A stretch of DNA of 64,000 bases from Candidatus Hikarchaeum yamanae (lineage in GTDB: Archaea > Halobacteriota > Halobacteria > Halobacteriales > Hikarchaeaceae), in the NCBI GenBank assembly GCA_009889635.1, contig WTZQ01000002.1, forward strand, positions 167,729-231,728. Direction: 5' to 3'. Shown one piece after another: positions 9,910 to 18,765 of the stretch. Position numbers and translations under genes: made by a program. Position 1 is the stretch's first letter. The number at the start of each line of letters is the position of its first letter. The notes below the pieces were generated by a model. That model had not been told where the DNA came from, ran no database searches, and was given only the letters and a program-made list of their open reading frames with translations.

Positions 9910-11658
9910 GTGAAAATAGGTCTTATCGGAGATGGAGCCACTTCAATTTCCATCGAATTTGCACTCCAACAATCTGAAATCTCCGTCACCCCCATTTCTA
10001 TAGAATCTGTTTCTAAATCTAAATTAAAAGCATTTTCTATGGTTCTGGTAGTTGACAACGTTGGATCTCCACTTTTCGAAAAAGTGAATGATGATATAAC
10101 TACAAGTTGGATCGCAATAGAACTTGGAGGCCTTGGTGGTTACTCCATACCACCTGTCCTCGGTTCAATTTCTCTATTTAACCCTGCCACTGCCTGCTAT
10201 TTATGCCTTCGAGATAGAGTAAAATCAAATTTATCTACTTCGGAAGAATTGAATCCCAAATCTATTATTCCCATTTCCCCATCCTTTGAATCTTTACTTG
10301 GATCCCTTTCCGCATACCTAGTGAACTCCATGCTGAATTTCGATATGACCCATAGCCATGTGTTCGAGATTTCAGATTTATCTATAGAACACATAAGCGG
10401 AGGGAATAGTGCCATCACACATAGACTTTTACTCCCCGTACCTACTTGTTCTTCAAATGACCATTCCTCCACGACCCATATCCCCGGAACCACCATGGAA
10501 CGTGCAGAATATGCAATCGATGAGCGTATCGGAATTATCAATACAATTTCTGAAGCAGAGTCTTTCCCTGCTCCTTATTATCTAGCAAATTTATGCGATA
10601 CAACTTCCTTCACCGCCCAATCAGTCCGAAAACAATCTGCTGGAGTTGCCATCGATTGGGACCAAGCTTTCATTAAGACAATCGGAGAAGCTCTAGAGCG
10701 ATATAGTTCCGGAGTTTACGATCCCGATTCATTCACATCTGGACCCGCTTCTAGTTTCAAAAATTCAATTTCTCCTTCTTCTTTCGTCCAACCCTCTCCT
10801 GATCTTTATAAAGATGAATCAATAGATTGGATTGGTGGAATCGATCTTCATTCCAATGAAACTGTTTTGCTACCTGCAGAATTCGCTGTCTTCCCGTACC
10901 CTTCCGAACAGTATAAACCCGCAATAACCACTGGACTCGCAATAGGGAACTCACTCATAGAAGCCCAACTCTCCGGCCTATACGAAGTTATAGAACGAGA
11001 CGCAACCATGTTGTCCTGGTATTCCAACCGTCCCCCTTCTGCATTTTCACCAGACGATCCTGAGTTCGATCTTTTATCTCAGATGGCCAATTCCAAAGGA
11101 CTCGATTCCACCGTTCTCTTAGTAACTCAAGATATAGATATTCCCGTAGTTACCGTAGCTGTTCATAGATCTTCAAAATGGCCGAAATTCGCTGTAGGTT
11201 CTTGTGCAAATATCAACCCAAATCGTGCAGCAATTGGTGCTCTCTCCGAAGCATTACAGAATTGGATGGAATTACGATCTATGGGTCCTGATACCGCAAA
11301 CAATCAATCATCCGCAATAGGAACTTATTCTAATTTTCCAAAAGAAGCACAATCTTTCATAGGACATAGTGACGCTATCCCCTCAAACGATCTTTCTATT
11401 CCTACTTTCTCCACACGAACTGAAGAGCTATCCTTCCTCCTAACTCACTTACATTCCTTAGATTTGTCTTCTTATTCTGTCCAACTCACTCCTCCTGATA
11501 TCGCCACCATAGGATTCGAAGCCGTTCGTATACTTATCCCCGAGGCACAGCCCCTCTTTTTCGAGAAGCCCTTTTTCGGATCTCGGGCACGCACTGTATC
11601 CGCTTCACTTGGCAACTTTAGATCTAGATTAGATCGACCCCATCATCCCTATCCTTAG
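9910..11658 (+). CDS. fused E1-like (ThiF-like cyclodehydratase domain) / YcaO-domain protein
   Basis: 582 aa, GTG start. The N-terminal ~190 aa has GLIGDGA (Rossmann-like) and a CYLC...R motif, as in TOMM-type ThiF-like domains. The C-terminal part has the YcaO signatures IGEALERYSSG and LYEVIERDA. The protein ends in a proline-rich tail, RPHHPYP-stop. Confidence 0.75.
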   Translation: MKIGLIGDGATSISIEFALQQSEISVTPISIESVSKSKLKAFSMVLVVDNVGSPLFEKVNDDITTSWIAIELGGLGGYSIPPVLGSISLFNPATACYLCLRDRVKSNLSTSEELNPKSIIPISPSFESLLGSLSAYLVNSMLNFDMTHSHVFEISDLSIEHISGGNSAITHRLLLPVPTCSSNDHSSTTHIPGTTMERAEYAIDERIGIINTISEAESFPAPYYLANLCDTTSFTAQSVRKQSAGVAIDWDQAFIKTIGEALERYSSGVYDPDSFTSGPASSFKNSISPSSFVQPSPDLYKDESIDWIGGIDLHSNETVLLPAEFAVFPYPSEQYKPAITTGLAIGNSLIEAQLSGLYEVIERDATMLSWYSNRPPSAFSPDDPEFDLLSQMANSKGLDSTVLLVTQDIDIPVVTVAVHRSSKWPKFAVGSCANINPNRAAIGALSEALQNWMELRSMGPDTANNQSSAIGTYSNFPKEAQSFIGHSDAIPSNDLSIPTFSTRTEELSFLLTHLHSLDLSSYSVQLTPPDIATIGFEAVRILIPEAQPLFFEKPFFGSRARTVSASLGNFRSRLDRPHHPYP

Positions 11659-12887
11659 ATTCCCAAAACCGCTCTTAGTAAATCCCGCATTCCTGGACCT
11701 AAACCCACTGCTATTATTACAATTAAAAGCAAAATAGTCCAGCTCGGGTTTTCTTCCATCGCCTCCTTATCAAAAATATAAATTACTAAAAGTGCAGCAC
11801 CTATCTTGATCACCAAGAACGGCCAAGCCGTTCCTATTATATTTGTTATCCAATCTGGAAACTGGGACCCTATTTCCACCAACCCTCTGTTTATGGGATG
11901 TTTTGGCACTAGATTTTGCTGCATTCCACTTGTTAATCTATACACCCAATCTATGCCCACTACATTTGCAACACCATCTAAAATTTGAGACCATAAAACA
12001 ACCAATCCAATCTCACCTACTCCCTCTGCCATCGTACTACCCCCCCGATTTATCACTCGCCATAAAAACATTGTAATAATGGTTGTCATCACTAATACAA
12101 CCAATGCTATTTCTAAATACAGGTAAACATGAGGCCATGAGAGAACAAGCCAGCCCAGATAACATAATATTGCCCCTGTGAGTCCTGAACCTATTGCAAA
12201 TAGGCTTCGGTTATATTTATCCACAAGTCCCATTCTCTCTAGTTTTACGGAAACTAGTATTGCTACCATTGTGACTAAAAACATAGTCCCATACACCACC
12301 GGGCTTATTAGAAGTATATTAAGTGGATACCCAATCGTAGCTTCTACACCTGCCGGGACGATGTCATTTGCGTCTTCTACAACCCTAAGAGCCCCTCCAA
12401 ATAGCATATATGGGATCAATGAAAAGACTAGTTGCGTATCCAGTTCGATTCCCATCTGTGAGAACATCCTGGCCACTGCAAAAAGCAACAAAACTAGTAT
12501 GAGTGCATATCCAACTTCAGACACGTAGGTATATCCTGGATATGCCACTATTCCTTCTAACTCTGAACACACATTTGCATACTGAACTACTTCAAAACCA
12601 CGGACTAGCTGTCCTCCATACCCTGAAGCAGTAGAAGTCCCCTTCACAGCACAAGCAGATCCGGTTGCATCCGCAAGTATTGGGCCCCAAAAGTAACGCC
12701 AAAAGACGTCATATATTGTTCCTCTAAATATTATACATGGTATTAATACAATGGAAATCAAAGCAATTTTGAACCTAATTGACCACGATCCTAGATTCCC
12801 CCATCTGTCCACAAGCAATTTTAATTTCCCATCTTCTGTAGGTTTCATAATAGTTCTACTTAGATACTTTTTATTTGATTTCAGCAA
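11655..12887 (-). CDS. polytopic membrane protein (DUF63-like archaeal family)
   Basis: 410 aa with about 8-9 hydrophobic segments and a Cys-containing extracytoplasmic loop after TM1. Family name from memory. The start could be the internal Met 14. Confidence 0.55.
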   Translation of the reverse strand: MLKSNKKYLSRTIMKPTEDGKLKLLVDRWGNLGSWSIRFKIALISIVLIPCIIFRGTIYDVFWRYFWGPILADATGSACAVKGTSTASGYGGQLVRGFEVVQYANVCSELEGIVAYPGYTYVSEVGYALILVLLLFAVARMFSQMGIELDTQLVFSLIPYMLFGGALRVVEDANDIVPAGVEATIGYPLNILLISPVVYGTMFLVTMVAILVSVKLERMGLVDKYNRSLFAIGSGLTGAILCYLGWLVLSWPHVYLYLEIALVVLVMTTIITMFLWRVINRGGSTMAEGVGEIGLVVLWSQILDGVANVVGIDWVYRLTSGMQQNLVPKHPINRGLVEIGSQFPDWITNIIGTAWPFLVIKIGAALLVIYIFDKEAMEENPSWTILLLIVIIAVGLGPGMRDLLRAVLGI

Positions 12888-12971
12888 ATATAAACCCGAA
12901 GTAACCCGAGATCGGAAGGGCGGAAACGAATCTCATTGTATGAACTGTATAAACTATCGTATTTCTATTAA

Positions 12972-13538
12972 TTAAACCAATGACGACGATTGGATGAATT
13001 TTGCACCCGAGCCTTTCATTTCTTTAATCGCGTTGGCACAATCCCCCTGATTTACTTCTACACCTCTAATCAAATCTTCAATCACTGAAGTAGAAAACCC
13101 ATTTTCTACAGCCCCGATCGTGGTCCCGTGAACACAATAATCCGTAGCCAGTCCGCCTATAATCACATTTGATATATTATTTTCTCTTAACTGCTCAGCA
13201 AAATCTGTCCCATCAAAACCAGAATATGCTTCTTCACCAGTTTCAGTACCTTTGTTGATTATACCTACTCTGTCATCAATCAATAATTCTGGATGAAGTC
13301 TAGCCCCCGGGGTCCCCTGAACACAATGAACAGGCCACAATCCCCCATTTGTCTGAAAACTACAGTGATCTAAAGGATGCCAATCCTTTGTAGCATAAAC
13401 GGGTTTTCCCTCTGTATGAAATTTATCTATCATTTCATTAAGTCCCCTGATCACTTCTTCTCCATTCTTAACCTCTAATGGACCACCTTTGCAAAAGTCA
13501 TTCTGTATGTCTACTATTATTAATGCTGTGTCATTCAT
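12972..13538 (-). CDS. pncA: nicotinamidase/pyrazinamidase (isochorismatase family)
   Basis: ALIIVDIQNDFC at the N-terminus, metal/His region DWHPLDHCSF, catalytic Cys in GLATDYCV. ATG at 13538 is preferred over the TTG at 13574 given in the track. Confidence 0.85.
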   Translation of the reverse strand: MNDTALIIVDIQNDFCKGGPLEVKNGEEVIRGLNEMIDKFHTEGKPVYATKDWHPLDHCSFQTNGGLWPVHCVQGTPGARLHPELLIDDRVGIINKGTETGEEAYSGFDGTDFAEQLRENNISNVIIGGLATDYCVHGTTIGAVENGFSTSVIEDLIRGVEVNQGDCANAIKEMKGSGAKFIQSSSLV

Positions 13539-13653
13539 AATTAACAAGACTTTCTTATAGTAGACACCACTCAAAATACCCTCCTATTTAACTCTGGAAA
13601 AATGCATCCAACTTATAGTAAAAATATGGGTGATTTCTACCCTTAACTCTCAG

Positions 13654-13738
13654 TGGGGGGGACAGGATTCGAACCCGTGAACACCTACGTGAGCAGATCT
13701 TGAGTCTGCCGCCTTTGGCCTGGCTTGGCTACCCCCCC
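13654..13738 (-). tRNA. tRNA-Leu (anticodon CAA)
   Basis: Hand-folded 85-nt cloverleaf. The acceptor stem is 7 G-C pairs (GGGGGGG/CCCCCCC) with discriminator A. The anticodon arm is GCAGA-CTCAAGA-TCTGC. The variable arm is 14 nt and the T arm is ACGGG-TTCGAAT-CCTGT. CCA is not encoded and no intron is present. Confidence 0.9.
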
Positions 13739-13900
13739 GAACTTTCGGACCAGAATACGACTTTCTGTCTATTCATCTAGTTCGCCTTATGATCTTATGA
13801 CCTCATTTATCTAACCTTTCCGAAAATATATCCAATTTTTACCGATAGAAGTACGTATCAGCACCGCCCTGTATTCAATATATTCCCCATTCTATATATC

Positions 13901-14941
13901 ATGGAAACAAAACACAAAATAATTTTTAATGATAGTCGTGATATGCGCTACATATCCAACGACAGCATTGATCTGATTGTAACTTCTCCCCCCTATCCAA
14001 TGATCGAAATGTGGGATGATCTATTTATCACCCAAAATCCAAAAATCAAAGAAGTATTATCTTCCCAAAACGGGATTTTGGCTTTCAATCTCATGCACGA
14101 AGAACTCAATAAAGTCTGGTCGGAATGTTATCGGGTATTGAAAAAAGGTGGATATGCATGCATAAATATCGGAGACGCCACCCGAACATTAGGCGGTGAA
14201 TTTCAACTATATCCCTCCCATGCCAAGATACTATCCTTTTGTTCTGACATAGGATTCCATTCTTTACCTGGAATCATTTGGAAAAAACAAACTAATTCTC
14301 CAGCTAAGTTTATGGGCTCTGGAATGTTGCCAACCGGGGCATATGTCACCCTCGAATATGAACACATTCTAGTGCTCAGGAAATCTGGAAAAAGGAAATT
14401 TAAAACAGAAGAAGAAAAGAAAAATAGACAAAAAAGTGCAATTTTTTGGGAGGAACGCAACCAGTGGTTCTCCGATTTATGGCAAGATTTAAAAGGAAAT
14501 CGCCAAAGTCTACATTCGGAAGATCTACGAGCCCGAAGTGCAGCATATCCCTTGGAGCTATCTACTCGACTGATTAATATGTTTTCAGTCCAAGGGGATC
14601 TAGTTCTAGATCCTTACCTTGGCACTGGAACTACTCTTTTAAGCGCAATAGCTTCTGGAAGAAATAGTGTTGGAATTGAGTTAAATGAATCCTTCGGCGG
14701 TCATATAACTCAACGTATAACTGACAATTCTGATGTTCTAAAAAATTATTCCCCTCTCCGATTACAAAGCCACTTCGACTTCGTCCAACAAAGAGAAAAT
14801 GATGGAAAAACACTCAAATATATCAACACAAATTATTCAACTCCTGTAGTAACTAAACAAGAAATAAATCTAACCTTGCCCACTGTTTTAAATATCCACA
14901 CCGAAAATGATTGTCTTCACACGGCAACGTATCTCGATTGA
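13901..14941 (+). CDS. beta-class DNA methyltransferase (N4-cytosine or N6-adenine; Zim/CTAG-methylase-like)
   Basis: 346 aa. Catalytic motif IV DLIVTSPPY near the N-terminus and AdoMet motif I DPYLGTGTT near residue 235 give the circularly permuted beta order. No nuclease-like neighbour. Confidence 0.8.
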   Translation: METKHKIIFNDSRDMRYISNDSIDLIVTSPPYPMIEMWDDLFITQNPKIKEVLSSQNGILAFNLMHEELNKVWSECYRVLKKGGYACINIGDATRTLGGEFQLYPSHAKILSFCSDIGFHSLPGIIWKKQTNSPAKFMGSGMLPTGAYVTLEYEHILVLRKSGKRKFKTEEEKKNRQKSAIFWEERNQWFSDLWQDLKGNRQSLHSEDLRARSAAYPLELSTRLINMFSVQGDLVLDPYLGTGTTLLSAIASGRNSVGIELNESFGGHITQRITDNSDVLKNYSPLRLQSHFDFVQQRENDGKTLKYINTNYSTPVVTKQEINLTLPTVLNIHTENDCLHTATYLD

Positions 14942-14982
14942 AAAAGATTTTTATCACTGGACTCACCACGATCAAGTGAGCT

Positions 14983-15942
14983 ATGGTTTCACACGGATAT
15001 GTCCTTCCCACCCGTGGTATCACCATGCAGAGTGATTCTTCGATGTCTCTTTCTTCCAATACTGCCGCTTTACTAACTTTAGCTTCCCATGCAGAATCTT
15101 TAGATTTTTCCTCATTGTGGGTTGGAGATAGCATCTTGACAAGATACCGACTGGAACCACTCACCACACTTGCTTCAATAGCAATTTTGACAAAAAAAGT
15201 CCAAATTGGAACTGCAATTTATTTATTACATTTGCGCCATCCCATTCATGTTGCCCATGCAACTGCAACACTTGATCAACTATCTGGTGGAAGATTTATT
15301 TTTGGCGTCGGTGTCGGAACTTCTCATGAATCTACTCTAAACGAAAGCATGAATTTAGGTGTCCCCTTCTCCGAACGTGGAAACATTCTCAATGATTCCC
15401 TCGATCTAATTAGAAATTTGTGGCGTGGGGAAACTGTTAGTTCCCCTGGGATTTACTCCTTTAACGATGCTTGTCTCAACGTTCCTCCCACCCGGGAACC
15501 ACCCATCTATGTGGCAGCCACTAAGTTCGATTCAAAATCTGGTTTTCCAAATTCAATCCAAAAAAGAATAGAACAACACGCAGACGGTTTGATGCCCCAA
15601 ACAGATCCTTCGAACTATTCTAGTATGATCTCTCATGCTCGGGATATCGTGGAAAAATCAGGGAGGGAATCTTCGATTGTTGCAACCAATTATACCGATG
15701 TAGTAATCGCCCCCAGTGAAAAAGAAGCATTTGCCCAAGCTAGGGACTATATAGGCGCTTACTATCCCTGGAATATCCCCGATGCCAATCTGAAAAAAGC
15801 GGGAGTATTTGGACCTCCTGAGATAGTCGCAGAAAAAATACATTCATTCATTGATGCTGGTGTTGAACATTTCATAGTCCGCTTCCCCACACTTGATCAA
15901 AAAAATCAACTAGATTTGTATTCTGACCTATTCAATCTATAG
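14983..15942 (+). CDS. luciferase-like monooxygenase (LLM) family flavin/F420-dependent oxidoreductase
   Basis: 319 aa. Pattern LWVGDS...RLEPLTTLA...LDQLSGGRFIFGVGVG is typical of the LLM TIM-barrel family. Confidence 0.7.
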   Translation: MVSHGYVLPTRGITMQSDSSMSLSSNTAALLTLASHAESLDFSSLWVGDSILTRYRLEPLTTLASIAILTKKVQIGTAIYLLHLRHPIHVAHATATLDQLSGGRFIFGVGVGTSHESTLNESMNLGVPFSERGNILNDSLDLIRNLWRGETVSSPGIYSFNDACLNVPPTREPPIYVAATKFDSKSGFPNSIQKRIEQHADGLMPQTDPSNYSSMISHARDIVEKSGRESSIVATNYTDVVIAPSEKEAFAQARDYIGAYYPWNIPDANLKKAGVFGPPEIVAEKIHSFIDAGVEHFIVRFPTLDQKNQLDLYSDLFNL

Positions 15943-16578
15943 GGCCCTTGCAACTACGCGAGTAGGCGTACCTTCAAATCCTTTTATCAACATGGGGAAA
16001 CACCCAATCCAAATACTCTCATATCCTACTATTTGTTCTATATTGCAAATATATTCGACCACCGGGATATCTGCTCCTAAAAGGGCTTTATGAACTGGTC
16101 GGTCTGGTTCCCCTGGGACCGCCTCAGTGAGAAAATCGTTCACTATCAGTTCTACCTCCCGTTCAATAAGCCACTCTGCCGCATCAAGAGTAATATCTGA
16201 AGCCTCTTTGAAAAAATCACCTGTAAAAAAATTAGCATCAACGTCTCCTGTAACCATTATGACTTTATCTTTTTTCTCAATCACACTCTCATGATCATCT
16301 AATATTTCTGCTGTAATCGACTTCCCCTTGAATTCCCTCAAATCTACTACTTTTGTAGGGCCCACTAACTCCTCAAATGTCAATTCATCTACAGTTCTTC
16401 CACCTGGGATAAAGTGATAAGGTGCATCTATATGTGTACCCTGGTGAGTATTTGCCGAGTAATAGTGCATCAACGCACCACCTCCTTCATTATGCCCCCC
16501 CCACTGTTCATATTCAAAACCTGGATACCCTGGAAAGGATGGGAGCTCCTTTCCCATAGGAACTGTAAGATCTATCAT
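15937..16578 (-). CDS. cyclase family protein (kynurenine formamidase-like metal hydrolase)
   Basis: 213 aa. Signature HQGTHIDAPYHF (HxGTHxDxPxH). Confidence 0.75.
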   Translation of the reverse strand: MIDLTVPMGKELPSFPGYPGFEYEQWGGHNEGGGALMHYYSANTHQGTHIDAPYHFIPGGRTVDELTFEELVGPTKVVDLREFKGKSITAEILDDHESVIEKKDKVIMVTGDVDANFFTGDFFKEASDITLDAAEWLIEREVELIVNDFLTEAVPGEPDRPVHKALLGADIPVVEYICNIEQIVGYESIWIGCFPMLIKGFEGTPTRVVARAL

Positions 16579-16620
16579 ATTGATTTAAAGACAATCTATC
16601 TGCAAAACATTTCTGTTTTT

Positions 16621-17526
16621 CTACGCTATGGTGGTTATAATTATTGCTGCACAAATCATTACTATAACCCCTAGCACCAATCTCCATGAAATACGCTCTA
16701 TATCTTGTATCCAAATATATGAAAAAATAACCACGAATAGTGGACTAGTTTGGAGGAACGGGACTACAAACACCACTGGGGCATTCTCTATTGCAGCATA
16801 GTAGAATACCATCATTGAGGTATTCGCCAATCCTGCCAAGATATGCCATTTGGCAATTTCTCTATCTGCTAAGAACTCTTTTACATCTGGTAATTCTTCC
16901 TTCCAAACGAAGTAGAGCAAAAATCCAGTTGCGGCAATTAATATCTTTATACTCACTCCAACTTGAGCCGGTGTCCCTTCTAATACTCCAATTCTAGCAA
17001 ATATGGGCTCAAAACCAAAACACACTGCAGCCAACACCGGATATATAATGTCCCTTCTCTTTCCTACCACACTTTCCCCACCTTTATTCAGCATAATCTC
17101 CGACGAAATGATCCACACTCCCATCACGACGGCCAATATTGCAAGTATATGGGTTGTAGTAGGATCTTCTCCTAATACCAATATGGCCGTAATCGTAGCA
17201 AATATCGGCATAGTCGCCTTGATGGCATCTGCCCGACTAGCCCCCACTCGGCTAATTCCTTCAAAATAAAATACTCTCCCAGTCAAAGTCCCCGTCAATC
17301 CTGCCCCCACGAATGCCAAAAACGATCTCAATGTTATGCCATATTCTGGATAGTATATCATTGCTACTGCTGGGATTATGATAATCAAATTCAAAACGAG
17401 ACTAACAATAACTGCTGTAAATGCATCCCCTCCCTTTTTTGTAGCCATTCTCACAAAAATAGCCATGGCAGCGATTGATATACCTGCCAACAAAGCAAAC
17501 AATATCCCTACGGTATTACTCATCAA
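16621..17526 (-). CDS. EamA/DMT superfamily transporter
   Basis: 301 aa, about 10 TM segments arranged as two 5-TM halves. Confidence 0.7.
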   Translation of the reverse strand: MMSNTVGILFALLAGISIAAMAIFVRMATKKGGDAFTAVIVSLVLNLIIIIPAVAMIYYPEYGITLRSFLAFVGAGLTGTLTGRVFYFEGISRVGASRADAIKATMPIFATITAILVLGEDPTTTHILAILAVVMGVWIISSEIMLNKGGESVVGKRRDIIYPVLAAVCFGFEPIFARIGVLEGTPAQVGVSIKILIAATGFLLYFVWKEELPDVKEFLADREIAKWHILAGLANTSMMVFYYAAIENAPVVFVVPFLQTSPLFVVIFSYIWIQDIERISWRLVLGVIVMICAAIIITTIA

Positions 17527-17589
17527 CCTAGTAGTCCTTTGGATAGGATGTCACTGTTCCGAAACAATTTCCGCCTCATTTCACCCTCG

Positions 17590-17916
17590 TTAGCTATTTT
17601 TTAGCCCCACTTGTAAAACTTCAACCTCGACGTGTATGCCTTTTGGAAACTCTATATCTGTAACTCTTCGAACAGAAGCGTCGTGTCCTGATATTTCTAT
17701 CCACCTCTCATACACATTATATTCCCACGGGGGGAATTTTCTTTCTATATCGTCCAATCTTTTATATTGTGGCGCCCGATAAGTTTGAGGTGGTGGAGTA
17801 TGTGGACCTCGCACTCTCACTCCTTTCTTCTCCGCAGAATGCTTGATATCTCCTACTATTTTATCTAGAGAGTTTCTATCCCCACTCCTCAGCGTAAGTC
17901 TAGTTACAAACGTCAT
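17590..17916 (-). CDS. uS10-like (ribosomal protein S10 family) paralogue
   Basis: 108 aa. The layout RLTLRSGDRNSLDKIVGDIKHSAEKKGVRVRGPHTPPPQ...ERWIEISGHD...VEVEV parallels uS10 (beta-alpha-beta, extended loop). It lies outside any ribosomal operon. Confidence 0.6.
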   Translation of the reverse strand: MTFVTRLTLRSGDRNSLDKIVGDIKHSAEKKGVRVRGPHTPPPQTYRAPQYKRLDDIERKFPPWEYNVYERWIEISGHDASVRRVTDIEFPKGIHVEVEVLQVGLKNS

Positions 17917-18004
17917 ACTCTTGCCATATAGAGAATCTCCTAGGCACTAAATTTATCCCATTCATCCCGATATTCTGAAATAACCTCGAATTCTAGTATA
18001 TGCT

Positions 18005-18427
18005 ATGATAGAAGCGGTTAGCGCTGGCGCTATAATCTACCGAGACAAACCAACCAAACGAGAATATCTTTTATTAAAAAGCAGAGCTGGCGACTGGGAA
18101 TTCCCAAAAGGTGGTGTAGAAGGAACAGAAGAACTCCAACAAACTGCAATTAGAGAAGTCCGCGAAGAGTCTGGACTCTCTAATTTTAAACTTTTAGATG
18201 GATTTCGAGAAGAGTATGACTATTTCTTTCAAGCAAGCGGCTCTACTATTCATAAAACCGTCCATTTATTCGTTGCAAAATCATTCGATTCCAAGGCGGA
18301 TATTTCTGATGAACATTCCGATCTCCAATGGCGCGATTATACTCAGGCAATCAATACAATTAATCATGATGGCCCCCGTGAAATTCTTGAACACGCGAAT
18401 CAATTTTTAATAGATTCTGGATACTGA
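18005..18427 (+). CDS. NUDIX hydrolase (Ap4A-hydrolase-like)
   Basis: 140 aa. Nudix box GGVEGTEELQQTAIREVREESGL. Confidence 0.8.
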   Translation: MIEAVSAGAIIYRDKPTKREYLLLKSRAGDWEFPKGGVEGTEELQQTAIREVREESGLSNFKLLDGFREEYDYFFQASGSTIHKTVHLFVAKSFDSKADISDEHSDLQWRDYTQAINTINHDGPREILEHANQFLIDSGY

Positions 18428-18448
18428 TTTTATTCCCTCTCCGCTCGA

Positions 18449-18455
18449 TTTTTTT
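18449..18455 (+). terminator. oligo-T (T7) terminator candidate after the NUDIX gene
   Basis: Seven consecutive T beginning 22 nt downstream of the stop codon. Confidence 0.4.
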
Positions 18456-18501
18456 AAGTACTTTGGTGAACTTATATCACCTCTAGTATAATTCTTTCAC
18501 C

Positions 18502-18765
18502 ATGTCAGAACAAGATAAATATGCCGCAATGTTCCAGAAACTCACCGGTCAAACTGGGACGACAGAAACACAAGAAGAAACTGACATAATTGATACCAGC
18601 AATGTCACCGAACGAGGTTTGCCTACTACCAACTCTAAATGTTCTAAGTGTGACAATGACACTGCATATTGGTATCTGCAACAAATACGTGGTGCAGACG
18701 AATCCGAAACACGATTTTTTGTTTGCACAAAATGTGAGTATCGCTGGCGCGAGAATGACAATTAG
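18502..18765 (+). CDS. transcription factor S-like protein (C-terminal zinc ribbon only)
   Basis: 87 aa. CSKCDNDTAYWYLQQIRGADESETRFFVCTKCEYRWRE is the TFS/TFIIS domain III ribbon, including the acidic DE hairpin. The N-terminal 45 aa has no Cys. Confidence 0.75.
   Translation: MSEQDKYAAMFQKLTGQTGTTETQEETDIIDTSNVTERGLPTTNSKCSKCDNDTAYWYLQQIRGADESETRFFVCTKCEYRWRENDN

Noticed and set aside
12972-14941. Possible integrated element at tRNA-Leu (tRNA plus an adjacent methyltransferase).
   Set aside because: I saw no integrase, no duplicated tRNA 3' segment and no compositional break. The flanking genes are ordinary metabolic genes.
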